From Eledone cirrhosa (Eukaryota), in the NCBI GenBank assembly GCA_964016885.1, contig OZ024741.1:141670001-141734000 (forward strand): a stretch of 64,000 nucleotides of DNA, read 5' to 3'. The translations under genes and the position numbers were made by a program. The notes below the pieces were generated by a model that saw only the letters and a list, made by a program, of their open reading frames with translations, had not been told where the DNA came from and ran no database searches. Numbering within the stretch: the first letter of the stretch is position 1; every line of letters begins with the position of its first letter. This document shows positions 38,961 through 52,498 of this stretch, one piece after another.

Positions 38961-40870
38961 ACATCCTTTACATTTAATGGCATAAACTAGATTTTTTTGA
39001 TGAGCAAGTGAAGTGATTTTTTTACAGCAAAATTTTGTCCTGATTGAAATGTATACGTGTTGCCTTCAATGAGGTGAGTGCAGGTTCCACAATTAGAGCA
39101 AACACATTTTTTGACCGTTGGTTGTGGGTTTGTAATGTTTCTAGTGATTTCGGTTTTCTTTTCCTTTTGATTATTTTGTGTGTTTCAAGGGCTTTTTTCA
39201 TTCTTGGGTCTTGTTTAATAGTGGGATGTTCTTGTGAATAGTGTTGTAAGTTTCCACATTTCTTGAGCGTTGAGATATATGATAGTATATTGGACGTACC
39301 TTGAATTTGTTTCTGTTTTCGTAATTCATCAATGCCTATTGCTTTAGCCCTTTCGTTTCCATTATTTATTAGTAATGGTGGGTACTGTCTTTCGAGTAGA
39401 ATTTCCTTTAATTCTTGAAGTCTTTTATTTCGCATATCATAATTGGAGAGAATTGTGCAAATTCTTCTTGCTAGGGCAAAAGGGATGTTCGTCTTGGTGC
39501 GCTTTGGATGGTTGGAGGTGAATAGTAGGTATTGTTTGGAATCTGTTGGTTTGTAGTGTATGTCAGTTTCAATATTTGTGTCTTTTTTTAAGATTAAGAT
39601 GTCCAGAAATGGGAGTTGATCTTGGCTGTATTCCATTGTGAATTGGATGTGGTTATTGATGCCGTTAATTAAATTTTTGAAATCATTTAGTTGGTCGAGT
39701 GTGTGAGACCAAAGAATGAGACAATCATCCAAGTAGCGTTTCCAATTCTCTGATAAATATTTGTGGAAGTTCAATCCGTATTTTGATTTGGACTGTTCAT
39801 ATATAAGGACTTCCAAGTATGCCATGACTAAGTTGGCATAAGTTGGAGCGGCTTTTGTACCCATCTCAGTCCCCGATAATTTCTTGTAAGTACTGCCATC
39901 GAAATCAAAAAAGTTGTTCTGTAAAATAAATTGTAATCCCTCGGTGATGAAGCTTTTTTCTATTCTGTCAGGTATCTTATTGGGATATTTCTCTAGCCAG
40001 AATCCTATTGCCTCTAGTCCGTATTAGTGTGGGATCGCTTTGTAGAGATTCACTACATCGAAAGACACAATATCAGTGTCGTTATTGACATGATTGGGCC
40101 GGTGGTTTAAGAGGTCCAGATCGTTTTTTTTTAAAGGCTTTGTATGCGTTTGAGAATTGGTTTTAGTAGTATGTCAATAAAGTTGCTTAGTCTGTGTGTT
40201 TCACATTGTGGGCCCGCTACAATTGGTCTTAATTTAAGGTATGTGGGGTATTGTGTGTTCACGCAGGTTGAGGTGGATTGTTTACAGGCATCGTTAATTA
40301 TTTTACACTTGTGGATCTTCGGAAGTCCGTAAATGTTGCTGGTTTTGTATTCGAAATGTGTTAAATAATCGCGTTCCTTTTTAGTTAAGTCTTCCTGGTA
40401 TCGACAAATGAATGTGTTTAATCTGGTCATCGTTTTTGATTGCTGGTAGTTTATTACTTTTTCATAGTAGTTAGTATTTTGTAAGAGAGAGAACATATAA
40501 TTTTTATATTGTTCAGCATCCATAATGACGACACTACTTCCCATGTCCGCTTCCTTAATTATAATGTCCGTATTGTTTTTTAGTTCATGGATAATCTCCC
40601 ATTCCCTTCGACTCGTGTTTGGGTTGGGTTTAGGTTGCGGTAGTTCATGGTATGGGAAAGTTGCTATGTGGTCACAAAATTTGTCCAGAACTCTGTTTCT
40701 ACCTTTTGTTGGGTTGTAGCTGCTTTTATTCCGTACAATTGATTGGTCGTTATTCTCCTTGTCAAAAAATTCCTCTGTGAGACGTAATTTTCTACAGAAG
40801 TGTGAGATATCGTCATTTATCTCATTGAGGTTAGAGTATTGTGGTGTTGGTGTGAATTTCAGTCCTTTGG
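38961..40870 (-). pseudogene. PLE-3 reverse transcriptase, thumb and N-terminal half of GIY-YIG
   Basis: ORFs 40131-40544 and 39022-39864, plus hand-read CSNCGTC..HFTCSSKNLVYAIKCKGC. Confidence 0.9.
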
Positions 40871-42674
40871 AGAGAATTTTAATTTGTTGGGCTGAGAAGT
40901 TTGTATTTCAGTTTTTCAAAATCGGTTTGTGCCACCGGTTTGTGCTTTGGTCTAAAAAATGATTTTTCTGAATTGTTTTTTCATGGGTATTATTATATCT
41001 AATGGTATTTCCCCTGTTGTTGTGTGGTCTTGTATAGAAGTTTCGGACGTATTGAGATTCGGTTTGTTGATGGCCCGGGTTGTATATTGTGTTCCTTTGT
41101 GTGGGTTGGGATCTACGATTTTGGAACAGGTTCTGTGTGGGTTGGGGTCTACAGTTTTGGAATAGGTTTTGTGTGGGTTGTGATCTGCGGATCGGGTCCT
41201 GTCTTATATTGGGCGGGGGGGACATTCGGTTTTTGTAGGTAGGGTTATAGTTTTGTCTATGGGTTCTGGGATTATCGTCATAGTTTTGCTGGGGGTATGT
41301 TGGACATTTTGTTACTTTTTTTGTTATTTGTTGTGCATGTGGTGTGTGAGTTTTAGTTTGTTTTTAAAAAATGGGATACCTGTATGTTGTTCATTTTTGA
41401 AATCCATTTCGTAGTTGTTGAACCAGGTGGCGTTTTTTTCCCATCACTGGAGAGATGTTAGTTCTTCATCATCATAATTTTCTTTCCAAAGTTTTAAGGT
41501 TTTTTCATAGAGTAGGCCTTCAGAGTGCCTTGAGAATTTTGTTTCCATCTGTTGATCGAGTGACTTGAATTTTTCTTCGTTGGAATTGGCTCTTAACCGC
41601 AACAGTTCCATTTCTATTTTAAACTTTTCTAACGCCATCTTTTCCCTAAGTTTTTGTTGGTTTTCTGGTTCATTCGAGATGGGTTTTATTTGGAGTTTTT
41701 GGGGGAGGATGATTGAGGTTAGCCACCTTTCATATCTGTCTGCCTTGCCATTAATTTTTAGGAGATTCCAAAAGGCTAATTTGCGGGCTGTGAGCTTTTG
41801 AGTCCATATATTGATAAGGGTGTTTTTCACTGAGTGGACATCTCGTAGATTGGGTTGCAGCTTTTTGGAGCATTGCTGTTTCAATGGTTTCGATTAGTTT
41901 AGTTAATGCTGGAGTAATATTCGTCTCTTGGGTATTTTCTGCTTCTTCATGGGGTCCTTTTTTATAGATATGTATTTGGTCCACTTTGTTGGTCAAAATT
42001 GAAAGTTTGGAGGAAATCTCTTTGAGTTCATTTAAGATGTCCTGGTTCAGTGAGTTATCGTTTTGAGACTTTGGTGGCATTTTCGGTCTTCGTGTAGTGG
42101 GTATCTATTAGAAAGTGAGGTTTTTTTACAAAATGAAAAATGACCGAGGTGTCCTACACGAGTGAAGGTATAAGGAAAAAAGATGAAATCAAAATGCAAC
42201 TGGAGTTATTTTTAAAAGAAATGTATATATGTACACACAAACAAACAAGCCCTTGCCCCACAGTAGGTGCAGGTACATACACACACACATACGCACACAC
42301 ACATACACACACACACACACACACACTGACTCATATACATTCAAACAAATACGCGCCCAATTACATCCGTGCCCAAGTACATCTACAAAGATACATACAC
42401 GCACACATATATCTGTCGGTACTGAAATATGATATACTCACAGTTATATAAAACTGCACAGTGGGTCGTACAGGGTCATCCATTAAAGGATGCATCTTGT
42501 TATACATGCACAAATATAAACAGTGTAACCAAATACATACATCCATACACATACATGCATGTATACATACACACAAATAAATAAATAAATAAATAAGTTC
42601 ATAAAAAAATAAATAAATGTATATATATAAATATATATATACACACATACACACACATATATATATACATATAT

Positions 42675-42740
<66 letters not shown>

Positions 42741-42745
<5 letters not shown>

Positions 42746-42852
42746 AACGAGTAGGGGTCCTACTCGTTCCTATTACCCACTCTACTACCCTAAGTATTGA
42801 GTACTTTGGTGCGTTCTGGTTCACCTGGTTCCTTACCACATTTCCTTCGTTA
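42741..42852 (+). mobile_element. Short pLTR-tail-like insertion in (TA)n with a 15-bp fold-back at one end
   Basis: Reverse-complement homologue at 21428-21530. ATAGGAACGAGTAGG ggt CCTACTCGTTCCTAT. Confidence 0.65.
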
Positions 42853-43612
42853 TATATATATATATATATACATACACACACATACACACACACATATATA
42901 TGTGTACATACACAAACATACATACACATCTATAAAAAAAAATCTACAATATACAAAAATATACGTATAACGTCATACATTAAAAGATGTATCTTGTTCT
43001 AAACATGCACAGATATAAACATTATAATCATATACATACATCTGTACGCATTCACGTAACACATACATATATAACTCTCTCTACATACACACACATATAT
43101 ATACATACACATACGCATACACCTATACACACATATAAAAACAATAAAATAAATATACAATATATTAAAATATGCATATAACGACACATAGAGATATATA
43201 AGAAAAAGAGAGGAGAAACAAGAATGTACGTGTATGCGTGTGATATATGAGGAGTTTGAGATCCATACGCATACACATATACACACATATAAAAACAATA
43301 AAATAAATAAATATACAATATATTAAAATATGCGTAGAACGTCACATAAGAGATGTGTATATGAGTAGATATACGCGGACGCATCTGTGTGTCAATATAT
43401 GTGTGCGTGTGTGTGTGTGCGCGCGTGTGTGCTGCGTGTGAGGGCTGATGTACGCGAACATGTAGGCAGGCGTCTGTGGAAGCGTATGTTGTTAGTTATA
43501 TGGTTGTGTGCGTGTGTGTGTGTGTGTATGTGAGTCTGTGTATGTTTCGCATTTATTGATGCTTATCAAAGCCAACTACTCCTCCTGTCTGCTATAATCA
43601 TGGATGTTTGGT

Positions 43613-43696
43613 AGCAGACAGGAGGAGTAGTTCGCTTTGATAAGCATTAATAAATGCGAAACAAGGCCTTGTCAGCTTTATCTCCTCCTGTTTGCT
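43613..43696 (+). ncRNA. Type I hammerhead with U3-A8 core variant
   Basis: AGCAGACAGGAGGAG tagttc GCT-TTGATAA-GCATT aata AATGC-GAAA-CAAGGCCTT-GTC-AGC tttat CTCCTCCTGTTTGCT. Confidence 0.8.
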
Positions 43697-43801
43697 GAAA
43701 TTAAAGTAAGTGAGTCTGTCACTACTCTAAAACAATAGCATAAGGTCTTCGAAATGCTTTTAATTAAGCATACAGTGTATTGCAAAATACACTATATATA
43801 C

Positions 43802-43830
<29 letters not shown>

Positions 43831-43836
<6 letters not shown>

Positions 43837-44525
43837 CCTCCTTTCTCATTAAATATTAAAACTCCTATTGCTAAACTATTCTTTAAAGCTCTTGACAAAT
43901 GCTTCCCTAGAACACATAGATATTACTCAATATTTAATAGACATACTATAAAATTAACTTATTCATCCACCCAAAAATTTACCGCAGAATATTAATAGAA
44001 ACTTAAAACCTAACCAAAATACCACTAATAACCCTACCAATATCCAATTTAGTAATACAGCTCAATTTAATAATACAGCTCCTAGTAACTTAAATTTTGA
44101 TAAATGTAACTGTAGAAATAAATCTAAGTGTCCGTTAATTAACAATTGTTTAGCTAAAAATATAGTATATAATTATAATGTAAAAACTAATTTAAATTCA
44201 TTTAATTATGTAGGATCTACTTCCACAGATTTTAAATCTCGTTTTAATAACCATAAATGCTCTTTTACGCATTTAAACAAAAAATCTTCAACTTCTCTAT
44301 CTAGCTTATTATGGGACCTTAAATTAAAGAACGTTAAATATTCGTTACTTTAGAATATTATTAAAAGCTTGTCCATTTAACTCCTCTTCCGAAAATTGCG
44401 ATCTTTGTATAGAGGAAATATTCTTTATATTAAAAAGCAAAAGTTCCCTGAACGTAAGAAGCAATCTTTTCAGTTGCTGCAAACATAGATTGAATTCAAC
44501 GTTTAAATATAAATTTAAAACGTAA
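43831..44525 (+). pseudogene. Naiad-like PLE thumb/GIY-YIG fragment
   Basis: YNPPFS..LDKCFP..IFNRHTIKLTYS / CNCRNKSKCPL..CL..NIVY..YVGST.TDFKSR..H..SF..TSLS..LWDLK / CDLC..E..LN.RS..CCKH. Starts in (TA)n. Confidence 0.8.
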
Positions 44526-45294
44526 TATACAACTCATTCTACTAAATATATTGAACCTATCGATAAATCATTAGATTCCTTCATTTGACTGCTTAAAACT
44601 CTCATTATAAATTTTTTTCATAGAAAATGTTTCTAGATAAACATACTGAAAGCTCTTAAAAGGGAGAAAATATTTTCTTTGAAAGTTTCTCCTATTTTTG
44701 AAAGTTTCTCTTTTTTGAAAGCTTCTCTTTCTTTATCTTTGAAAATTTATCATATGGTTATAAAAAATTAAGTTAAACATACTGAGAGTTAAATATTATA
44801 TAAAAAATTTAAATTCATTTTTATACTGAATTTTTAGACATATTCTTATTTTTAAAATTATATCTTAAAATATTTTTTAATATTTTTTAAAATTATATTG
44901 CTTAAAATTGTATGAGTATATTTCTAAATCGTAATTCCTTTTAAAACTATAATTCATTTTATTTATTTTATATATTATGTACTTTAAATATATTATGTAC
45001 TTTATATTTATCGCTCTCTCTATATATATATATGTATGATATATGTCTACCTGTATGTGTATGTATATGTGCATGTATCTATGTAGGGGTTGTGTATATA
45101 CATACAATTCGAATGCACTCTGTTATAAAGGATTTCTTACGGTTTATGCTAAACAAACTTATATAATAACAGTCACAACTACATAACAGGTGGATTTATG
45201 AGATATAAAATTTATAAAATTTATAAAATTATAACTTACTATTAAATAATATAAGGTTTGTATAAGTAAATATAAGGTTTGTATAAGTAAATAA

Positions 45295-45392
45295 CTGTTT
45301 CTACTTTAGGCACAAGGCCAGCAATTATCCAGTGCATTACTGGTACTTTATTTTATCGACCCCGTAAGGATGAAAGGCAAAGTTAACCTCGA
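45295..45392 (-). mobile_element. tRNA-derived SINE, 3' part
   Basis: Reverse complement of the core and tail. Confidence 0.75.
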
Positions 45393-45888
45393 AGTAAATA
45401 ACTTAATTTCCTTCACGCTGTTTTGCTATTACATATAAATGATTTTTCTCCGATTTTTTTCTCTGATTTCTCCGAAAAATCTATAAGTTTAGAAAAATTC
45501 CTATATCTTAAACATAAAAAATCTTTTATTGTATATGTATATATATGTATGTGTATATATATATGTAGATATATGTGTGTGTATATATATGAATATATTC
45601 TTTTAATAATATATAGATTGTTTAATAATATATAGTTTTAATAATATATAGATTTTAATAATATATAGATCTCAATTTTAATGTATAGATCTCAATAATT
45701 TATTTGATAGTTTAATTGATAAACTAAACATTTAATCATATTTAAACATTGGATAAAATTCTCCAGTTATTATTATTTATTTATTTTCTATTCACCCTTA
45801 TTTACTCTTTCTAACTCATCCAATAAATATTTATTTTTTCACTTCATCTTAAAAATTACACTAATACAACAACGTATCACTTAGGGCT

Positions 45889-45959
<71 letters not shown>

Positions 45960-46242
45960 TCTCTTTCTTTTTTTCTTTTTTCTTCTCTTTTTCTTGCTCT
46001 TTCTCTTTCTCTTGTTTTCTTATTCTCCTCTTAGAGTTTGCTCTTTTTGCTTTTTCTTTTCTTTCCCTTTTTCCATACCCCAACGGCTTATTTTAAATCT
46101 ACTGTGATTTAAACATATCCGACACTAATTTGCATAATAGACTAAATAAATTTAATAACCCCACTATCCGGGAGCTTCCAACAGAAATGGTCGCATTCTT
46201 TAAGGGTATGTCAATATTTATTTATAAAACTGATCTATATTA

Positions 46243-46307
46243 TATTTTATCTGATGAAAGCGCATCATAATTTGACTTGGTGTCCTTGAAATATGTATAA
46301 TGAAATA
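46243..46307 (+). ncRNA. Type I hammerhead ribozyme (AT-rich pLTR family)
   Basis: TATTTTAT-CTGATGA-AAG..CTT-GAAA-TATGTA-TA-ATGAAATA. Degenerate tandem copy at ~46697-46748. Confidence 0.8.
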
Positions 46308-46785
46308 AATATGGTTTTATAAATATAGTTTCCATTTGTTAATATATCGTATATATATATATATAAACATATATATATAAATATATATATATAAACATAT
46401 ATATATAAACATATATATATATATATAAACATATATATATAATCATATATATATATAAACATATATATATATATAAATATATATATATATAAATATATAT
46501 ATATATAAATATATATATATATAAATATATATATATATATGCATTGTTTTTATATATATATATAATTATATATGTTTATATATATATGTTATGTTTATAT
46601 ATATATATATAGATATATATCCGGATGGCTTCCAAAAATAATGGTTGCATTTTAATAGGGTACGTCAAAGCTTATTTGTAAAACTGTTATATATTGTATT
46701 TTGTCTGATAAAGGCATACCATAATTTAATTTGGTATTATGAAATAAATATGGTTTTATAAATATAGTTACCATTTATTAATATC

Positions 46786-46789
<4 letters not shown>

Positions 46790-46874
<85 letters not shown>

Positions 46875-47423
46875 TATATATATGTTTATATATATATATG
46901 TTTATATATATATATGTTTATATATATATATGTTTATATATATATATGTTTATATATATATATATGTTTATATATATATGTTTATATATATATATGTTTA
47001 TATATATATGTTTATATATATATGTTTATATATAAACATATATATATATATAAACATATATAAACATATATATATAAACATATATGTATATAAACATATA
47101 TATATAAACATATATATATATAAACATATATATATATATATAAACAAATATATATATATATAAACATATATATAAACATATATATAAACATATATATATA
47201 TATAAACATATATATATATATATAAACATAACATATATATATAAACATATAATCATATATATATATAAAAACAATACATATATATAAACATATATATATA
47301 TATATATATATATAAACATATATATAAACATATAATATATTTAAACATATATTTATATAAACATATATATATATAAACATGTATATATATGTTTATATAT
47401 ATAAACATATTTATATATATATA
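46790..47423. repeat. (TA)n with TGTT then AACA interruptions (orientation switch near 47030)
   Basis: Directly visible. Confidence 0.9.
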
Positions 47424-47453
47424 TCATTATCTATAAAAGGCAGATTGTTGTGT

Positions 47454-47547
<94 letters not shown>

Positions 47548-47846
47548 ATGTTGCATGTTTATACATTTGCACAATTTCAAACCGATTTGACTCAAAGTCT
47601 GTAAGAATGTTGTAAATAGTCTAACTAAAGGTCAACGACCATTTATATATTACAATCTCACCCACGATTATGGAAATAATTGATAAAATTAAATACGTGA
47701 CGCTTCACCCCTCTAATACAATCTGATAACCTCTCTCTACTCCCCTTAAAATTCGATAAAACTACATACATGATGCAACTTTCTCTTATATACACTTAAA
47801 CTTACGAACTTCCTTTAGGAACGTCGAAGAAGAGAGAGAAGAGAGT

Positions 47847-47926
<80 letters not shown>

Positions 47927-48597
47927 AAGAGAAAGAGAGAGAGAGAGAGAGAGTGAGAGAGAGAGAGAACGTTTGTTTTTGAGTCGAAACAACAATTATT
48001 CAAAAGCAACAGATAAATTTATTCAACAACAAAAAAAATACCGATAAATATTTTTTAAAACATCTCTCAACGAACTTGGAAGAAAGAAGTATCAGTTCAT
48101 TTACTATACACAATAATATCCTCTATAGGGTCACTAAACCTGCTTGAAACTGCAGCTAACGCTCCCCCATATCACACCCCTCCCTACTGTCTTAAATTTA
48201 GAAAACATATATCCTCTGTGAGGTCACTAAACCTGCTAGAAACACCAGCTAACTCTCCCCATATCACACTCCTCCCTACTGTCTTAAATTTAGAAAACAC
48301 ACATTAGACAACCCTGCAGAACAACTCCATCGCAGCTCTGTTGTTCGGCTGGCATCGTCTACGCGAGTGTTGCGCAAGTACTGTGAAACAATAAATTTCA
48401 ACACTTCTTTGCACAGAGATAATATCCATAGGCGAAACTATAATTGTCACTGCTGGTGCAGCTCCTGCTTCGGCAGTCCAGGTCTGCAATTCATTCACCC
48501 AGTGCCTGGCAGACAAAAAAGTGCTGCCATAAAATGGGTGGTGCAACCTAAATTTGGTAACTTACTGACCCCGAGCAACGCCGGGCTTTAATGCTAG
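47424..48597 (+). mobile_element. Non-autonomous Helitron carrying a ~93-bp tandem duplication
   Basis: 5' TC..CTATAAAAG + (TG)n; 3' CCCGAGCAACGCCGGG..CTAG|T; duplicated unit at 48115-48300. Confidence 0.7.
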
Positions 48598-48706
48598 TAT
48601 ATATATATAAACATATTTATATATAAATATATATAATCATATATATATAAACGGAAAAAATGAAACGAAATTTCATTTCTCACTCTTAATACGGCTGTTA
48701 CTTAAA

Positions 48707-48902
48707 TATAAGTATGTATACGTACATACATATATGTATACAGACGTACAGTAGTATGTATATATATATACATACATACATGCACACATATATATATGTA
48801 CGTATATATATATGTGTGCATGTATGTATGTATATATATATATATATATACATACTACTGTACGTCTGTATACATATATGTATGTACGTATACATACTTA
48901 TA
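48707..48902. repeat. Inverted repeat, ~60-bp arms
   Basis: ATAAGTATGTATACGTAC..CAGACGTACAGTAGTATG versus its reverse complement at ~48845-48902. Confidence 0.85.
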
Positions 48903-50091
48903 CATATATATATAAACATATTTATATACATATATATATATATAAACATATATATATATAAACATATATAAACATATATATATGTATTTTTTTAGATTGA
49001 TACTTTTTAATTGATATTTTGAATGATATCCTCTTTACGATAGTTTTTCTAACTTGACGTATCTAATAATATATTTTTTCCTCTGTTAATTTTCAAATTT
49101 TTCACACATCTATCGACGTAGATAGTATCTAAATACATATATAATTGAAATTCTCATCCTTGAAAACATGTAATATAAAATACCTTATAATCACACACAA
49201 AATAATATATAATTTTCTCTACATACATTCCGCATTTTCTAAGAAAATTATTCGTCAAATCTAACATTAACAGTTTTACAAATAATATTGGAGTCATCTT
49301 TTCCTTTATAATTGAGCAATAACAACTGCATAACAAGTTATATGTTAAATTCTATGTAATTTTTCTAACTTAATAATTTTCTCTAAATATTTTCAATTTT
49401 TTATGAAACTATTTGAATGTACAAAATTTTCTTCTCTTATAATTTGAACTACGTCTTTTTTCTTAACTATATATTTAAAATGTAAACTCAACATTTTTCG
49501 TAATTTATATTAGAAAAGTAAATAATTTAATACGTGTGTTATATATCTATAAAAAATAACAGCATACAATCACCAATAATATTTATATTTATATATTTAT
49601 TAATTTATTAATCTATATAGATATTTATATGCTTACAACCTGCTGTAATATAATAAGATAAAATGTACTTACAACCATAATTCTTCATATAATCTAATTA
49701 TAATGATTATATATATAATATTATAACTCATGATTTAGTTAAATATTTTTTAAATTCTGGATTGATATTCTACCACTTCAACAAACTTTTAATTTTTAAC
49801 GTTTAAATTTTTAAATTCACGTACACTGTAATATTAATTTAAGATTCTCTTTCTTCTTCCCACATATATATATATAAATTAATTATTTAAATCTACCGAG
49901 CGTCTAAAAATAACGATTTTTTCAGCCACACGCTTCAACTTCATTTGCATATTCATCAAAATAATTTGAAATATTTATTGTTTTTTTTTACTTTATTTCT
50001 CTTTTTTCCTCTTTCCTTTCACTATCCAAACGGAACTTGAACCATTAAGGTCTGATTCCTGGGTATGTCACTATTTATTAAAGAAACTTTG

Positions 50092-50152
50092 TATTTTATC
50101 TGATGAGTGCGTATCAAAGTTTTGGTACTCTTGAAATATATATGATAGAATA
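50092..50152 (+). ncRNA. Hammerhead (AT-rich pLTR family), cleavage triplet AUG, probably inactive
   Basis: TATTTTAT-CTGATGA-..-GAAA-TATATATG-ATAGAATA. Confidence 0.65.
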
Positions 50153-50299
50153 AATATGGTTTTATAAGTATAGTTTACATTTATTAATATCATTGATATT
50201 ATACTCCAGAAAAATTGTCGAGTGCTTCGAATCTGTTATAAATATATTTGTTGAATTACCAACAAATTAAATATCCCTTTGCTTATATATATATATATA

Positions 50300-51066
50300 T
50301 ATATGAATAAAGTTAGTGATATCTTCCATCGCTTTAAAGACCATATACCTCCGGTTGGTGCGAGCAACGGCTAAAGAAAGTCGTTGGGACACGTAAATAA
50401 GGAGAACGAGCGAGATTGTAAACAATCAAAGATGGTAATGCAACGAAAAGTGAGGAAGAAGGAGTCAAGTCCCAGATTCTATGAATATAAGTTCTGTGAA
50501 ATCGTGGACGAGAGAGAATAAAGACCATCAAAGCTAGTCGAAATGTGAGCAAGAAAGAATTCCGCACAGGTCAAACTGGAAGAAGAAGAAGGAGTCTAAT
50601 CCTTGAATTCGGTGAACATAAGTTCTGTGAAATCGTAGACAAGAGAGAAAAAAAGTAACAACCAACCTGGTCAAGTGTGCGTGAGAAAAGAATTACGCAC
50701 AGGTCAAACGGGAGGAAGTAGGAGAGGGAGTAGAAGAGAGTGAGTGAGTGAAGGGTGAGGAAGAGGCTAACAGAGAGAGTGACTGTTAGAGAGGGTAAAG
50801 GGAGGTGAAAGGTACAGAGAAGAGGAAGCAGTAAGGATGAAATAGACGGGTCACAGCGGAGGAAAATATATGTGTGAATATGAAAACAAAAAGGTGCTGC
50901 GTGGTTGCAATGGGTTATATATGAATAAAGTTAGTCCTTCATCAGTGATCTTCCAACCTTCATTAGTATTTCATCGCTTTAAAGACTTTATACCTCCGGT
51001 TGGGCAACGGCTAAAGAAAGTCGTTGGGACACGTAAATAAGGGGAACGAGCGAGACTGTAAACAAT

Positions 51067-51070
<4 letters not shown>
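50300..51070. repeat. Insertion in (TA)n with ~130-bp terminal direct repeats and an internal ~125-bp duplication
   Basis: 50300-50430 matches 50918-51070; 50455-50580 matches 50585-50715. Confidence 0.8.
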
Positions 51071-51131
<61 letters not shown>

Positions 51132-51924
51132 TGCAAACTCAGGTAAGTGTAATACAATCGCTTGTCAGATTCAGATGTGTGACGCCTGGATATGGTTTTT
51201 CAAGCCTGCTAGAGACTTGCACTCCTTCGGACACTGACGACAACTATGGATCTCCCTGGCCTGAGGTCTTGCATCAGGTTGCATACATATATATATATAC
51301 ATGTATATATACATACATATTATATATATGTGTGTGTGTGTGTGATTATGTTTGTGTGTGTGTGTATCTATTATATTGTCCAGGCTACGCCATTACTGAA
51401 ATGGAGGGACTTTTTGAAGTGTGTAATGATCTGTCTACCAAAGTTATGGAATGGTGGTATATGTGGTGGCGAATTCCAACAAATTAATCTAACAGGATCA
51501 CCGAGATCGACGGGTAAAAGTCCTCTATGCCAAACTGGGTGAATGTTGCCTTTTTGGTGCTGAAGGAATCAACCACTAGAAGAAAGCCTACATCACCACC
51601 AACCCCAGAACTCAACCCCACGCAGATGCTCTTGCAGAAGGCCAAAAACATACCCTCTTCGACAACAGTGTAACATACCTACAATAGTCTATGAAGCTGA
51701 AGTTACATCTAGTCGACCAAACCAACAACAATATATATATATTCTATTATTCTATTACATGTATTCCAGCCGACAGGCTGAGGCTATGCTGGAGCTCCGC
51801 CATTAATATATGTAATCCCACTTCTGACATTACATATTGATATGCATATACATATGTATGATGAACAATGCTGGTATAGACGCTATTTATACACATTCAA
51901 AGATGTATTAATGTGATTATTATT

Positions 51925-52449
51925 AACTTTGTCGAGGTTAACTTTGCTTTTCATCCTTACGGGGTCGATAAAATAAAGCACAAGTAATACACTGGGATAA
52001 TTGCTGGCCTTGTGCCAAAAGTAGAAACAATTATTATGATTATTATTATTAGTATCAGCAGAGGATCGAATGTCATGCTTTGCAGCACAGAGTTACGTCC
52101 CTTTACGTTCTGAGTTTAAATCCTGCCGATGTTAACTTTGCCTTTCATCCTTACGGGGTCGATAAAATAAAGTACCAGTAATGAACTGGGATAATTGCTG
52201 GCCTTGTGCCAAAAGTAGAAACAATTATCATTATTATTATTATTACAGTAGAGTGTCGGACAACATGCTTTGTGGCATTGAGTTATGGTCCTTTACGGTC
52301 TGAGTTCAAATCCCGCCGAGTTTAGCTTTGCTTTTCATCCTTACGGTGTCGATAAAATGAAGTACCAGTAACGCACTGGGGTCGATTTAATTGACTTTCC
52401 CCTCCCCTTCATATTGCTGGCCTTGTGTCTAATGTAGAAACAATTATTA

Positions 52450-52490
<41 letters not shown>
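51925..52490 (+). mobile_element. Head-to-tail array of three tRNA-derived SINE copies
   Basis: Three cores, each ending GTAGAAACAATTATT(ATT)n. Confidence 0.85.
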
Positions 52491-52498
52491 GTTGTTGT

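Larger units (their letters stand above)
34860..42215 (-). mobile_element. Neptune-like Penelope element (PLE-3), full span, decayed, interrupted by an insertion
   Basis: N-terminal ORFs 42080-40908; RT (IYGLPKIHK, LRPIVAG, MGTKAAPTYAN, WKRYLDD); Cys linker; GIY-YIG split between 38961 and 36384; ~45-bp terminal direct repeat at 34860 and 42171. Confidence 0.88.

Noticed and set aside
51130-51720. Possible decayed RTE endonuclease remnant
   Set aside because: Only weak motif echoes across frameshifts.
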